Shown: one piece after another, positions 18,397 through 27,428 of the stretch
Layout: every line of letters begins with the position of its first letter
Numbering within the stretch: position 1 is the first letter of the stretch
Assembly: GCA_028687275.1 (NCBI GenBank)
Contig: JAQUAK010000001.1
Location: 420,213 to 484,212, forward strand
Origin: Patescibacteria group bacterium
Lineage (GTDB): Bacteria > Patescibacteriota > Patescibacteriia > Patescibacteriales > UBA12465
Direction: 5' to 3'
Length of the DNA: 64,000 bases
Program-made: the position numbers and the translations under genes
The notes under the pieces: model-generated
Database searches by the model: none
What the model was told of the DNA's origin: nothing
Seen by the model: the letters and a program-made list of their open reading frames with translations, nothing else

Positions 18397-19671
18397 TTAT
18401 TCTATTTGAAAAGCTATACTGTAATGTAAACCAGAACTTGCTCCGGTAACCTTAATATCATAAAGTCCAGTACTAGCACTAGGAACAATTATCTTCTGGT
18501 TAAAACGTCCGCGTAAGTCAGCCTTAAATAAATTCTTACTACCGGCTAAATCGTATTGTAAAGCTTCATTAGGTGAAAAGCCGCCACCACTTAAATAAAC
18601 TTCAGCATTAGGAGCGGCGCGATTTTTATCTAAATTTAAATATAAATTTTCAGTTATAGCAACGGCGTCGTCTTCTTCAGTGGAGGCAACCGCAGCAATT
18701 TTATCCAGCTTATCATTAAGTACTAAAATATTAGAATTATTAAACACTACCACCTTATCTCCATTTAAGCTCACAACCTTCATGCCCATTGCCCAGCCAC
18801 GTGGACCAGCGATGCCGCCGGTATAGGCCCAGTCCTCAAGTTTAAAGCTATCTTTATTCAACTTAACCACACCAATGCCATTAGAAAAATAAACAGCTTG
18901 ACTGTAGCCAGAGGCAGACATATCATAGCCCTCATAATCTTGATGTTTAAAACTAGCTAATAATTTACCATCGAGATTAAACTTTTTAGCATAGTAGTCA
19001 TCAACAATATAAATATCATTATTATTATCTAAAAATATTTGATGAGCACTACGACTTGTTTTTAAATTAATTGGAATTTCTTTAATAACTAATCTACTAG
19101 CGCGATCATAGATATATATATGGTTATTCTGAACATTTAATAAATATTTATCATTACCGCGGACATTATAAGGAACCTCACTATTACTAAATTCATATTC
19201 ATTGATAACCTGCATGTCCTTACTCCAAATCTTAACATTATTAGCACTGATACTAGCTAACTGACCACCAATTTCACCAACACGATTATACCACTCCCAA
19301 TAGGAATTGCGCACTGTTTTTACTAAACTTAATTGACTCTCATTGTTTAGCTGATATTTGTAAATACTAAAATTTGTAACGGCATAAACATATAAATGAC
19401 CATCCTCTGCACGTAGAGCAAGATCATAAAAATTACCATATTTACCAAAACGTTCATCAAAAGGCCTTATCTTAGCAATACGATCTATCTGTTGATTATT
19501 TAAAACAAATAACTCTAAACTGCCGGTATTAGCGGTAGCTATATATAGTTTATTCTGGAAAACAGTAGCATCCCCGGAATAATAAGACTTCGTTTGCCCC
19601 TGAGTATAAGATACTAGTATTAGAGAAAATATACCTAATACCAGAATTGGGACAATAATTTTTTTAATCAT
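18397..19671 (-). CDS. Secreted hypothetical protein, beta-propeller-like with C-terminal Ig-like domain
   Basis: N-terminal signal or anchor (MIKKIIVPILVLGIFSLILVSYTQG), repeated YIY/VYF blade-like segments and a C-terminal beta-sandwich-like tail. Confidence 0.7.
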   Translation of the reverse strand: MIKKIIVPILVLGIFSLILVSYTQGQTKSYYSGDATVFQNKLYIATANTGSLELFVLNNQQIDRIAKIRPFDERFGKYGNFYDLALRAEDGHLYVYAVTNFSIYKYQLNNESQLSLVKTVRNSYWEWYNRVGEIGGQLASISANNVKIWSKDMQVINEYEFSNSEVPYNVRGNDKYLLNVQNNHIYIYDRASRLVIKEIPINLKTSRSAHQIFLDNNNDIYIVDDYYAKKFNLDGKLLASFKHQDYEGYDMSASGYSQAVYFSNGIGVVKLNKDSFKLEDWAYTGGIAGPRGWAMGMKVVSLNGDKVVVFNNSNILVLNDKLDKIAAVASTEEDDAVAITENLYLNLDKNRAAPNAEVYLSGGGFSPNEALQYDLAGSKNLFKADLRGRFNQKIIVPSASTGLYDIKVTGASSGLHYSIAFQIE

Positions 19672-19732
19672 AAATGTTGAATTATATAACTGTTGACAGA
19701 AATTCTCTTTAGTATTTCTAAACAGTCTTATG

Positions 19733-19761
19733 ATAATATCTTAATTTTCGAAATATGTCAA
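19733..19761 (-). promoter_or_regulatory. Sigma70 promoter for the 18397-19671 gene
   Basis: On the minus strand: TTGACA (19761-19756), a 17-nt spacer and TATTAT (19738-19733). Confidence 0.65.
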
Positions 19762-19779
19762 CCCTAAACATCCAAGTAC

Positions 19780-19808
19780 TTGACAAATAAAATGTTATGT
19801 ATTATAAT
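19780..19808 (+). promoter_or_regulatory. Consensus sigma70 promoter for wzz-like gene
   Basis: TTGACA at 19780-19785, a 17-nt spacer and TATAAT at 19803-19808. Confidence 0.7.
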
Positions 19809-19841
19809 AGTGAGTCAAGATAATGAACTATAATAATTTCT

Positions 19842-20612
19842 ATGGATTTAAAAGAATTTTTATTTTTAATTAAACATAAGCGCCAAAGCATTTTAATCAT
19901 TGTTTTGACAGCTTTAATAATTACCTTAATTGTATCTCTGCTTTTTCCTTTACGCTATGAGGCTAAATCTAGATTACTAATCACTCAAGACACTGGACAA
20001 ACAGATGCTTACACAGTATCACGTTCTAACGAGTACTTGGGCAATCTATTTACTCAAGTGGCTAGTTCAGGATCATTTTTTGACTTAAGTTTAAGCTCGC
20101 CTTATAATATCGACGAAAGTTATTTTGCCGGAACCTATGCTCAACAAATAAAAAAGTGGCAGGGAACAGTTAAAACTAAAACTATTGCTGATTCAGGAAT
20201 TATTGAAATAAGCATATATCATCCGGTACCATATCAAGCTCAACAGATTGCTTTAGCTGTAAATGATGTCATGATTAACAAAAAGAATAATTATCAGGGT
20301 AATGGTGATAAAGTAAGAATTAGTGTTATTGATCAACCTTTAATCTCTACTTATCCAGTCAAGCCAAATCTTATTCAAAATGCTGCGTTAGCCTTTTTAT
20401 TTGGTTTCATTTTTTCTTTATTTTTTATCTATATATTTCCTGAAGATAGATACGATATCCATTTATTTAATAACAAAAAGAAAAAGCATAAAAAAAATAA
20501 AAAAGAAGAAGCGACTAACACAGTTTGGGATAAATTACCGTCCTCAACTCACCAACATGCTAATGATACACATCTGTCTCCTAATGGTAATATTAAAAAT
20601 ATTTTAAGATAA
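19842..20612 (+). CDS. Wzz-like polysaccharide chain-length determinant protein
   Basis: N-terminal TM followed by PLRYEAKSRLLI, a C-terminal TM (AALAFLFGFIFSLFFIYIF) and a Lys-rich tail. This is the Wzz (PCP) topology. Confidence 0.65.
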   Translation: MDLKEFLFLIKHKRQSILIIVLTALIITLIVSLLFPLRYEAKSRLLITQDTGQTDAYTVSRSNEYLGNLFTQVASSGSFFDLSLSSPYNIDESYFAGTYAQQIKKWQGTVKTKTIADSGIIEISIYHPVPYQAQQIALAVNDVMINKKNNYQGNGDKVRISVIDQPLISTYPVKPNLIQNAALAFLFGFIFSLFFIYIFPEDRYDIHLFNNKKKKHKKNKKEEATNTVWDKLPSSTHQHANDTHLSPNGNIKNILR

Positions 20613-20711
20613 AATACTGTCTTTCTGAGCGAAGGGAAGAAATATACTTCTTCTTTTCCCCCAGGAAAACATCCTGTTAAACGGAACATTAACAATTTAA
20701 CCATACAGACG

Positions 20712-21590
20712 ATGAAAAAGATCTTTTTCTTATTTTTGCCGATAATTTTATTATTGGTAAATTTGCCGACGCGGGCACAAGGCGTATCACCAATTAGCAA
20801 AGACGCTAACTTAAGCCTTTTTAGTGGTTATTTTGCTAAGCAGCAAAATGCCAACAACAAAGGTTATTGGTATGGCGCCTACGGTGACATGCCTTTAATA
20901 AAGTCCCAAGAAAACGATTGGAATCTTGGGCTCTACGGCCTTTATGCCAAGTCGGTGTGGATGGACAACTTAGCTCCTTACAGAGCTAGTACAGACGCAT
21001 TCTCATTAGGGGTGAACACTGGTTATTACAACGAGTATTTCTCCTATAGACACACTATGTACCTGGGTTTTTCTTTAGGATACAAGTATCTCCAAGAAGT
21101 TGGAGAGGTTGATAAACTAGACTATAAATCAAGGAGCGTACAGCAGGATCATGGCTTAGCTGGTTCAGTGAATTTTAATTTACTGAAATATTCCGGCTAT
21201 CATGAGCGACTGTTTCCACGCTTGCAGGTAATTTTTACCGCTGAAAAGTACTTTAAAACCATTAAGGTTTTGAATGAAAATGAGACGGTAAATATAAAGA
21301 CTGTGCCTTGGCAAAAGGATTATTATGAAGTAATGCTTAAACAAAGTATTGCCGACATTCCTACCAGCTACACCAGCGCGGTATTCATCCAGCCAAAGAT
21401 CGGCGTACAGTACAGTCATTATATGGCTGGAGACCCTGATTCTTACGGCTTACTTCTGGAGCTTTCGCTTCATAAAGAGCACCAAGATGACTTCTTATCC
21501 GTCTCTGTTATGCAGAAATGGAATTCTAGCGGCGATGCTATTTACATCGCCATGATAAGTATGAACTTAATGAAATTCACAAATAAATAA
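20712..21590 (+). CDS. Secreted protein with outer-membrane beta-barrel-like sequence (GC-rich island gene 1)
   Basis: Signal peptide ending LPTRAQG. It has aromatic/Gly-rich alternating strands (GYWYGAYG, WNLGLYGLYA, FSLGVNTGYY, MYLGFSLGYKY, GLAGSVNFNL). Confidence 0.6.
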   Translation: MKKIFFLFLPIILLLVNLPTRAQGVSPISKDANLSLFSGYFAKQQNANNKGYWYGAYGDMPLIKSQENDWNLGLYGLYAKSVWMDNLAPYRASTDAFSLGVNTGYYNEYFSYRHTMYLGFSLGYKYLQEVGEVDKLDYKSRSVQQDHGLAGSVNFNLLKYSGYHERLFPRLQVIFTAEKYFKTIKVLNENETVNIKTVPWQKDYYEVMLKQSIADIPTSYTSAVFIQPKIGVQYSHYMAGDPDSYGLLLELSLHKEHQDDFLSVSVMQKWNSSGDAIYIAMISMNLMKFTNK

Positions 21591-21609
21591 ACCTAAAACA
21601 CAGGAAATC

Positions 21610-22368
21610 ATGAACAGAAATCAAGTTATCGGAGGCGTTATCGCCATCTTAGTAATCATCTTTTTATTGTTAGCAATCACCTTCGGGTGGTTTAAAACAA
21701 AAATTGAACCCTGTCCACCTCCATCGGACACAACCGTTATCGTGGGCACTCCGGTGTCCAGTGACTCCCTTATTCGGATGCATGAAGCAATCGCAAGATT
21801 GCAAGCAGAAAAAGCATGCCAAGATAAGTTGGAACAGAAAAATGCTGAACTCACAGCCGAAAACAACCGGTTAAAGGAAGAAAACTCAAAAAAGAGATCT
21901 ACTCCATCATCTACTTCAAAGAGCACTACCAAGGCCAGTGGAAGTCAGAAAACCACAATTGTTGAGCAACAACCTGATAAGCAGGATGTGACCAACATTT
22001 ACAGGCCAACCGCTCCCGGTGCACAAGAGTTCTGCGTTAGCGTAAGAACGGATTTAAATGGTCGTCGAGATAGTGGCTCTTTCTGGCCCCATCTTGAAGG
22101 CAATCCACCCACAGGAGCAGTGCAAGAAGCAGTTCTTAACTCCGATGGAACAGGGTGGAATGTAAAACTACCCCCAGTAGATAAAATCGGGGGTCTATAC
22201 GGCTGGAGTGATAATCTAAGGGTTATTTTCGTCAAGGCAGAAATCCTTGATAAATTTGGCCCTACAAATGTATCGATGTCCGGCGGGATGAACTCTTGGC
22301 CGAAAATTTGGCCAATGGCACAAAAAGAAAACATCGACGGAGTTTACTACTACGTAACACATTACTAA
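21610..22368 (+). CDS. Membrane-anchored coiled-coil protein with Ser/Thr-rich linker (island gene 2)
   Basis: N-terminal TM (VIGGVIAILVIIFLLLAITFGWF), coiled coil (RLQAEKACQDKLEQKNAELTAENNRLKEEN), an STSKSTTKASGS linker and a ~130-aa globular C-terminus. Confidence 0.6.
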   Translation: MNRNQVIGGVIAILVIIFLLLAITFGWFKTKIEPCPPPSDTTVIVGTPVSSDSLIRMHEAIARLQAEKACQDKLEQKNAELTAENNRLKEENSKKRSTPSSTSKSTTKASGSQKTTIVEQQPDKQDVTNIYRPTAPGAQEFCVSVRTDLNGRRDSGSFWPHLEGNPPTGAVQEAVLNSDGTGWNVKLPPVDKIGGLYGWSDNLRVIFVKAEILDKFGPTNVSMSGGMNSWPKIWPMAQKENIDGVYYYVTHY

Positions 22369-22390
22369 AATACTACGTATTCTAACTCCA

Positions 22391-22432
22391 ACCCCGAAAC
22401 AATAATTATATTATTTGTTTCGGGGTTTTTTT
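22391..22432 (+). terminator. Intrinsic terminator after island gene 2
   Basis: A 12-bp stem accccgaaacaa / ttgtttcggggt followed by T7. Confidence 0.85.
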
Positions 22433-22471
22433 ATACTTTAAATAAATACTATAAAGGATATTTTTATAAAT

Positions 22472-22508
22472 AAAAACCCCTACCAAATTAATGATAGGGG
22501 GTATTTTT
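22472..22508 (-). terminator. Terminator after island gene 3 (minus strand)
   Basis: Stem acccctа-like pairing (accccta / taggggg-t), flanked by A5 and T5 runs. It lies just 3' of the 22523 stop codon. Confidence 0.65.
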
Positions 22509-22522
22509 AGAGGCTTAATGCT

Positions 22523-23719
22523 CTAATTTGATGCAACTATAACTGGCCGAATTAATGTGATTTGTTCACCGCTATTTTTGGTGACTACCATTTCCATAAA
22601 GGAAACAGCGAGATAGCCGTAGCGACTATCATAATAGTCGGATCCGGCCATGGGGGTCACATAGTTTGGGGCCTGCATATTTGGCCCAAACTGAAATAGC
22701 ATATGTTCTGGCAGGGGTGTAGATACTAACACCTGGCCCCAATTAGGGAAGCCATCAACATAGGACTGCGCGATAGGTGCACCCCACACTTCTGTGGGCA
22801 AGAGAGACTTTAAAAAGGGACTTGGCAGTGAATTAAATACCACGCCATTGTTCAGAAATACATTCCAGCTTCCGTTGGTGTTTTCTGAAAAACTAACTAA
22901 GTCATCACCAATATTGCCTGGTGTTAGTAAACTCGAGCTATTACCGGCAATAGTACCATTGGGCAATAATGTAAATTGCACCATAGTAGTGTTAGTTTCA
23001 GAAACAAAGGTTGACCCTAAAAAATCTCCCCATGTCAGCTGGTTATTCTTCACTTTGCCAATGCCCATTTCGTAGTAGCCCGGTAAGAGTGTGAGCTCCG
23101 TGCTCACCCATGAACCGACCTGTCCGGTTGGCATAGGATAGACAACATTGTTTTCTATCCTATAATTTGTATCCGTAACGGCAAAATAAACAAGAGGCCA
23201 GGTAGGACCGTTTACTGATCCAACAAAGGCGAATGGGTAGGCTCCAGGAATCATCCCGTTCTTACTCAGTGCAATCCTAACTTTGAAAAAATTAGAATTA
23301 GCTACAGGAGTAACGGAAAGAAACCTCACTGGGTCCGAAAACAGTACCAGGACTTTGACCTGGTAGGTGCGTTCGTGCACCTGACCAGCATTGTCAACGG
23401 CTGTTATTTTGAGCCAGGTAAGACCAACTTGGGTCCACTTTTTCTCAAAATAGCCTTCGGGAGTAACACTTACGGTGCTGTTGTCAGGGAATGTGACGGT
23501 CACTGCCGTCATGGTGAAGGAGTAGTCTATTTTAAAGATTCCAACACGTTGAACTTCGATACTCACCGTATCGCCACTTACGATAGCACCAGTGGTTTTT
23601 AATGTAATGCCTGACTCTACTGGCACTGGAGTGGGATCGATGTAATCAAGCTTTTCACAGCTTGAAAAAATTACAATTATGAGCAACAAAGCGCCCATCA
23701 AATTCATCATTTTTTTCAT
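22523..23719 (-). CDS. Lipoprotein with Ig/PKD-like domain (island gene 3)
   Basis: Lipobox-type signal (LLLIIVIFSSC) followed by the acidic stretch EKLDYIDP. It also has a beta-sandwich-like segment (TVSIEVQRVGIFKIDYSFTMTAVTVTF...VKV). Confidence 0.7.
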   Translation of the reverse strand: MKKMMNLMGALLLIIVIFSSCEKLDYIDPTPVPVESGITLKTTGAIVSGDTVSIEVQRVGIFKIDYSFTMTAVTVTFPDNSTVSVTPEGYFEKKWTQVGLTWLKITAVDNAGQVHERTYQVKVLVLFSDPVRFLSVTPVANSNFFKVRIALSKNGMIPGAYPFAFVGSVNGPTWPLVYFAVTDTNYRIENNVVYPMPTGQVGSWVSTELTLLPGYYEMGIGKVKNNQLTWGDFLGSTFVSETNTTMVQFTLLPNGTIAGNSSSLLTPGNIGDDLVSFSENTNGSWNVFLNNGVVFNSLPSPFLKSLLPTEVWGAPIAQSYVDGFPNWGQVLVSTPLPEHMLFQFGPNMQAPNYVTPMAGSDYYDSRYGYLAVSFMEMVVTKNSGEQITLIRPVIVASN

Positions 23720-23748
23720 GATTTCCTGTTTTTTGGTTATTAATATAC

Positions 23749-23800
23749 TCGGATTAATTAAAAGATGAAGAACCTTTCGTCATCTTTATTCTTAATCCGA
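23749..23800 (-). terminator. Long imperfect hairpin at right edge of GC-rich island / 3' of GT4 gene
   Basis: Outer stem tcggattaa / ttaatccga and inner stem agatga / tcatct. There is no clear T-run. Confidence 0.4.
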
Positions 23801-23845
23801 ATATCAAATATTTTTAAAGAACAAATTATTTAAATTAATACTATC

Positions 23846-24940
23846 TTATTTCAATAATATGTGATAAGTGTCGGCAGTCTGAACAGCAATCTTTTTCCAA
23901 TCATATTTTTCACAGGCCCTCTTATAAGCAGCACTGGCCATTGATTCAATTAATTCTGGATTAGCCAAGGCGTAAGTTAATTGCCTAGCCAAATCTAATT
24001 CATCACTATTATGAAAATACATCCCGGTATCAGCTAAAGCTTCTTTATTAGCCTCAATGTCACTAGCTAAAGAAGCCGTTTTATGACCCATAGCCTCAAG
24101 CAGAGAGAGCGACAAACCTTCCATTTCAGAAGATTGCACAAACAAGTAGGCGTTAGCGTATAATTGACGCAAAATATCTCCACCTTGATTTCCTAAAAAA
24201 ATAATATTACTATTGCCGATAGCTAATTTTTCTAATTCCAACTTATATTCACCATCGCCAGCAATAACTAGCTTCTTATCAGTAGTTAAATTATTATAAG
24301 CTTTAATCAAATATTGTATTCCTTTTAACTTAATTAACCTGGAAGCACTAAAAATATAGGAATCTTTTTCTAGGCCAAATAACTTTAAAGATTCATCCGT
24401 CTGTACTGGGCTTAATTTGGTGCCATTAGCAATTAAAACACCTCTACGTCCATATTTATTAAAAACATAAGCTTGAGTAACTGGGGTGATGACAATAACT
24501 TCATCGGCCAGAGCAAACATAATTCTTTCACCTAAGCGCAACATGGTTTTAGCAAATTTACCCCATTTTTCATTGTCATAGTCAAAGCTATGCAGAGTTG
24601 CCACTAACTTAGATTTTGGAGAAAATATTTTTGGAATCCATAAAAGCAGGGAGGGGCCAACGCCATGATAATGAATAATATCCGCTTTACGGAAAATCAC
24701 ATCAATACTAGCTAAGAAAGTATGGGTAATATTAGCTAGGTTCTTATTATCAATAAAATTTTTATAAATCAATTTAACTCCTTCAAATTCTTTCAGAACC
24801 GTTTTTGTGTAATGACGACGATTATAAACTATCACTTCATGTCCCAAAGCTGTTAATTCTATAGCCAAAAACTCAACGTGTCTTTCAACACCCCCTGTCT
24901 CTGCTGGTATTCCTTTCTGTCCGATAAATGCAATTTTCAT
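23846..24940 (-). CDS. Glycosyltransferase family 4 (DUF1972-type N-terminus)
   Basis: MKIAFIGQKGIPAETGGVERHVEFLAIELTALGHEV at the N-terminus and EMEGLSLSLLEAMGHKTASLASD at the C-terminus. Confidence 0.85.
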   Translation of the reverse strand: MKIAFIGQKGIPAETGGVERHVEFLAIELTALGHEVIVYNRRHYTKTVLKEFEGVKLIYKNFIDNKNLANITHTFLASIDVIFRKADIIHYHGVGPSLLLWIPKIFSPKSKLVATLHSFDYDNEKWGKFAKTMLRLGERIMFALADEVIVITPVTQAYVFNKYGRRGVLIANGTKLSPVQTDESLKLFGLEKDSYIFSASRLIKLKGIQYLIKAYNNLTTDKKLVIAGDGEYKLELEKLAIGNSNIIFLGNQGGDILRQLYANAYLFVQSSEMEGLSLSLLEAMGHKTASLASDIEANKEALADTGMYFHNSDELDLARQLTYALANPELIESMASAAYKRACEKYDWKKIAVQTADTYHILLK

Positions 24941-24961
24941 AAATTGTATAACTAACCAATT

Positions 24962-24990
24962 ATCATAACAATTATTAAGATATATGTCAA
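24962..24990 (-). promoter_or_regulatory. Sigma70 promoter for GT4 gene
   Basis: On the minus strand: TTGACA (24990-24985), a 17-nt spacer and TATGAT (24967-24962). Confidence 0.6.
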
Positions 24991-25124
24991 ATGTTACTTG
25001 TAAAGAATAGCAACAAATCTAATTTTTGTCAATAGCTAAGAGATTCACATAAAAAAGAACAGCCCTTATGAGCTATTCTTTAAATATTAGTTAAAAATTT
25101 TAGGAAGAGACGACTAGGATTAAT

Positions 25125-26090
25125 TTAGTTAAGCCAATCTTTTTTCTTAAAATAACTTAGCATTCCCCAAGAGCTTAAGATCATGATAAATAGAATGGCC
25201 CAAAAACCATAACGATTATTAACAAAGGGCATGTACTTAGCATTCATGCCGAAGATGCCCGCTAACAAAGTAAGTGGAAAAACTATCACCGAAAATAAAG
25301 TCAGAGTCTTCATAATGTTACTCAAACGATTATTCAATAATGATTCATTAGTATCGTTTAAGACATTCACCATTTCTTTTTGATTTTCTAGCATCTCCCA
25401 AATACGTTTTGAGTGCTCGACTAAATTGCCATACTGTTTTTTCAGCAAAGCTGGAGGAACTAGAGAGCTCTTAATGAGCATTAATTTTTGCAAAATATTT
25501 TTATGATTCTGCATTATTTTACGAACATTAATAATATTACGTCTCAAATTTAAAATTTTAGAAACGGCATCTTTTTGATGTTGCTCAAAAATCAAATCTT
25601 CTACCTCCTCAATGGATAGAGAATTTTGATCCATCAAATCATAGCAAGACTTTAAAAGTCTATCTAAAATTTCGTAAAGTAAAGTGGCAGATGATTCAGT
25701 TTGAAAAGATAATAAAGTATCCTGATCTTTCTTTGCTTTTTCAAAAAAATCAGTTAAAGCTGGTAAATTGCCATTATGCAAAGAAACCAAATAACCATGC
25801 CCAATAAAAAATTCTACCTCACCAGCGATAACCCTGCCATCTATAAGAGTGGGGAAATGCAAAATTAAAAATAAATAACCATCTTCCTCAACCACAATTG
25901 GTCGTTGTGAAAAAACGTTAGCGACAGAAGCTTTTAAGTGACCTAAATTAAACTTATATTTCTTCCGTAAATAATCAACTTCTTTGCTGCCAGCATCAAT
26001 TATATTAACCCATTCCAAAGCATACTCAGTCCCTGGATGGTCAATAATTAATTTTTCTGTCTTGACACTAATCTTTTTAAAATTACCCAT
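25125..26090 (-). CDS. corA: CorA-family Mg2+/Co2+ transporter
   Basis: GMN motif (GIFGMNAKYMP) between two C-terminal TM helices, preceded by a ~250-aa cytoplasmic domain. Confidence 0.9.
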   Translation of the reverse strand: MGNFKKISVKTEKLIIDHPGTEYALEWVNIIDAGSKEVDYLRKKYKFNLGHLKASVANVFSQRPIVVEEDGYLFLILHFPTLIDGRVIAGEVEFFIGHGYLVSLHNGNLPALTDFFEKAKKDQDTLLSFQTESSATLLYEILDRLLKSCYDLMDQNSLSIEEVEDLIFEQHQKDAVSKILNLRRNIINVRKIMQNHKNILQKLMLIKSSLVPPALLKKQYGNLVEHSKRIWEMLENQKEMVNVLNDTNESLLNNRLSNIMKTLTLFSVIVFPLTLLAGIFGMNAKYMPFVNNRYGFWAILFIMILSSWGMLSYFKKKDWLN

Positions 26091-26213
26091 AGTCTTTTGA
26101 GACTCTAAGTATCAGTAATTACTTTGACGCCTAGAGCAATTTGTAATAAAATAAGGATGGTTTTACTTATACAGTATAACAAAATTATTAAGACTAATAA
26201 AGTCTTTTTACTT

Positions 26214-27428
26214 ATGGCTAATATTTTAGGAGTTAATACTGGCAGTGATAATAAAGTCGAAGTTTTAAAACTTATCGACTCTTTTTACAAGGACAAACAA
26301 GCTCATCTGATTGTTACCCCCAACCCAGAAATAATTTTAAAGGCAGGGAAGGATGAGGAATTGTTCTATATTCTTAATCACGCCGATATATCTTTAGCTG
26401 ATGGCTTTGGTCTAAAAATTGCCGCCCTCTTAAGTGGACAAGCTATCCATCGTTTTACCGGAGCTGATTTATTGCCTAATTTACTTACAGAGGCTAATAA
26501 CCATAGGCGCAGAGTTTTAATAATTAATCATCAAAACGGTCTCTCCAGCAAGCGTGACATAGAGGAGTACCTAAATAAAAACTATCCCCATATTAGCTTT
26601 TTAGTCATAGCTAGTCCTCCTAAAGTTAAGCCAGATAAAAATGAATTAGAAAAAATTAAAGAATTTTCACCACAACTTGCTCTCAATCTTTTTGGTTCAC
26701 CCTATCAAGAAAAGTATTTATCCAAACTGCAAAGCACAAATAAATATATCTCCTTAGCCGTCGGGCTAGGCGGTGCTTTTGATTTTTTAACCAACAAAAT
26801 TAAACGAGCCCCAAAATTATTACGTCGGCTCGGTCTTGAGTGGCTCTGGCGCTTAATGATGCAGCCAATAAAAAGAGCCCGTCGTATTTGGACGGCCACC
26901 GCTGTTTTTATGTATAAACTAATAGTTTGGCTATATATCTTGCCTCATTGCTATCGCCCCAATGTAGCTGTTTTAATGTTTAAACAAGGCCCGGGCGGAA
27001 AGGAGATATTTATTGTCAAAAGAACGGATAATCCAGAGCACTGGCAAATACCACAGGGCGGTCTAGATGGAGAAACTGTTATTCAGGGTGGTTCGCGTGA
27101 ACTAAGAGAAGAGAGTGGTAGTACTAATTTTAAGGTTATCGCCTCTTATAGAAACCTATACAGTTATAAATTTCCACAAGAGGCTGGTAAATATAATCGT
27201 CTTGATAGCTCTCAACAGGTTGGTTATAGAGGCCAAAAGCAAAGCCTTCTAATTGCTGAGTTCCTCGGCTTAGACTCTGAATTTAAAATAAATTATTGGG
27301 ATCACAGTGCTTGGCGCTGGGTCAAAGAGGCTGAATTTATCAATGCCATCCACGCTAGTAGACAAGCTTCCGGTAAAATTTACTTAGAAAAATTAAAGAA
27401 TCTATCAGTCAATAAGACTAAAATATGA
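26214..27428 (+). CDS. WecB/TagA/CpsF-family (GT26) glycosyltransferase fused to a C-terminal NUDIX hydrolase domain
   Basis: The N-terminus has HLIVTPNPEIILKA, ISLADGFG and LEWLWRLMMQP. The C-terminus has the Nudix box QGGLDGETVIQGGSRELREESGS. I prefer the ATG at 26214; the tracked start at 26124 is TTG. Confidence 0.8.
   Translation: MANILGVNTGSDNKVEVLKLIDSFYKDKQAHLIVTPNPEIILKAGKDEELFYILNHADISLADGFGLKIAALLSGQAIHRFTGADLLPNLLTEANNHRRRVLIINHQNGLSSKRDIEEYLNKNYPHISFLVIASPPKVKPDKNELEKIKEFSPQLALNLFGSPYQEKYLSKLQSTNKYISLAVGLGGAFDFLTNKIKRAPKLLRRLGLEWLWRLMMQPIKRARRIWTATAVFMYKLIVWLYILPHCYRPNVAVLMFKQGPGGKEIFIVKRTDNPEHWQIPQGGLDGETVIQGGSRELREESGSTNFKVIASYRNLYSYKFPQEAGKYNRLDSSQQVGYRGQKQSLLIAEFLGLDSEFKINYWDHSAWRWVKEAEFINAIHASRQASGKIYLEKLKNLSVNKTKI

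Noticed and set aside
20620-23800. Prophage, IS or ICE as the explanation for the GC-rich island.
   Set aside because: I found no integrase, transposase, phage structural genes, tRNA attachment site or flanking direct or inverted terminal repeats. The nearest recombinase (xer, 29.7 kb) is separated from the island by native genes. The mechanism of acquisition remains unknown, and mis-assembly cannot be excluded without reads.
23749-23800. A long inverted repeat at the island's right edge, considered as a transposon terminal repeat.
   Set aside because: It is a single self-complementary hairpin with no partner copy at the left edge (about 20.6 kb). It is better explained as the 3' hairpin of the GT4 gene transcript.
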